A stretch of 64,000 nucleotides of DNA from Raillietiella orientalis. Its lineage: Eukaryota. Each line of letters starts with the position of its first letter. Within the stretch, counting starts at the first letter, position 1. Of the stretch, positions 63,100-64,000 are shown piece after piece. A program made the position numbers and the translations under genes. Under the pieces are notes generated by a model that saw only the letters and a program-made list of their open reading frames with translations, did not search any database and had not been told where the DNA came from. The stretch covers positions 1,116,001 to 1,180,000 of the forward strand of contig JAYWIR010000044.1 of assembly GCA_036172245.1 (NCBI GenBank), in the 5' to 3' direction.

Positions 63100-63700
63100 T
63101 GAGCGAGATACAGGGACCAGATCCGACTGCCACAGGGCACCCGGCAAGCTGCCCAAGTCAAAGAGGATGGCAACGCGACCTCAGCAGAGTCCGTCAAGCG
63201 TCTCGAGCGCTTCCTTCCGAAAGTCATTTTCTGGAAGCATGGATAATAGGCGAGTAGAAGAAAGCGTCGGTGGTGGCCACCAGTAAATAGTGAGGTGTGT
63301 TTGCGCAGATGGAAGCTGTCAAGAGGGTAGCTTCGGACCGCTGCGTCAATGGATCACCAATCCTTCACTCGGCTTGCAGGGAGATGGCTCCCGTTTTTCG
63401 AGCATCCTGGAGAGCAGAGGCAGAAGGAGGCGAAGAAAGCAAGGAATAAAGACGATAGCCAAGTGGCAGTTTGTCCATACTCTGAGTCGTCTGCTGGTTC
63501 AAATAGGGAAGCGCTGCACAGATGCGAAGATCACGTTGAAATCTCCCCGGACTCTTCATAAAGGATGACCCCAGGTCCTCTCTCGAACTGGGACTAGAGA
63601 GTGATGAGGCGTTGACGATGAAGTACAGATAGATCCTGTGGATCTTTCATATGCTGCTTTTGTCAGGGAGTCCCTTTGAAGCTGAGAGACTGAGGTTCTG
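63100..63700 (+). mobile_element. Tc1/mariner-like transposase remnant
   Basis: KVIFW, VNSEV, LQGDGS (FQQDGA-like) and KWQ..LSRL in order. Confidence 0.3.
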
Positions 63701-64000
63701 GCATCTGAGCTCACCCCCTAGTTTCTGTGAATTCCGTTAAAGGAACAAAAGGAACTCGCAGCTTCCCACACGGAAAGAACCGCCTTTCCACTCATCTCAG
63801 TTCGAATCTTTCCTCGTCAGCCAGACCTTGTTCTGCGGATGTTCCTCTCCGGAAGAGAGGAAGAAAGATCTGCTGAAGGAGGAATGGTTTTCCTGCTCCG
63901 GGAATCCGTCATCCGAGAGAATCTTCTCGACGCCGCTTTTCTGCAGCGTTGTTCCTCCTTGCAGATGATTTCTGCGAGCAGAAGCAGTTCCTGGAGCGAT

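Overview
This is eukaryotic (bilaterian invertebrate-like) genomic DNA, mostly decayed mobile elements. One apparently intact host gene is visible: a two-Ig-domain Dpr/ZIG-8-family cell-surface gene on the minus strand. It has three well-supported exons (55996-55806, 46150-45940, 41363-41061), a probable GPI-tail exon (37037-36901) and an unresolved first exon. At 15.4-16.8 kb lies a CpG-poor, intron-retaining but truncated and damaged copy of Elongator subunit Elp1 with four 47-54 nt introns. The rest contains many L1/Tx1-like LINE fragments, an RNase H-bearing LINE, Gypsy remnants, several hAT remnants, Tc1/mariner-like remnants and a probable two-gene ISL2EU element. About 13 loci (~7 kb) belong to one tRNA-headed SINE-like family. 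The most unusual signals are: (1) that family is built from repeated C(UNCG)G tetraloop hairpins in a copy-number-variable ~40-47 nt array; (2) there is a clear excess of perfect 13-14 bp hairpins inside otherwise decayed sequence; (3) a ~98% identical 212 bp inverted tract links two otherwise divergent SINE copies; (4) a 3'-truncated copy is flanked by a palindromic 16 bp duplication. All TE assignments rest on degenerate motifs read by eye, and their boundaries are approximate. No database search was run.
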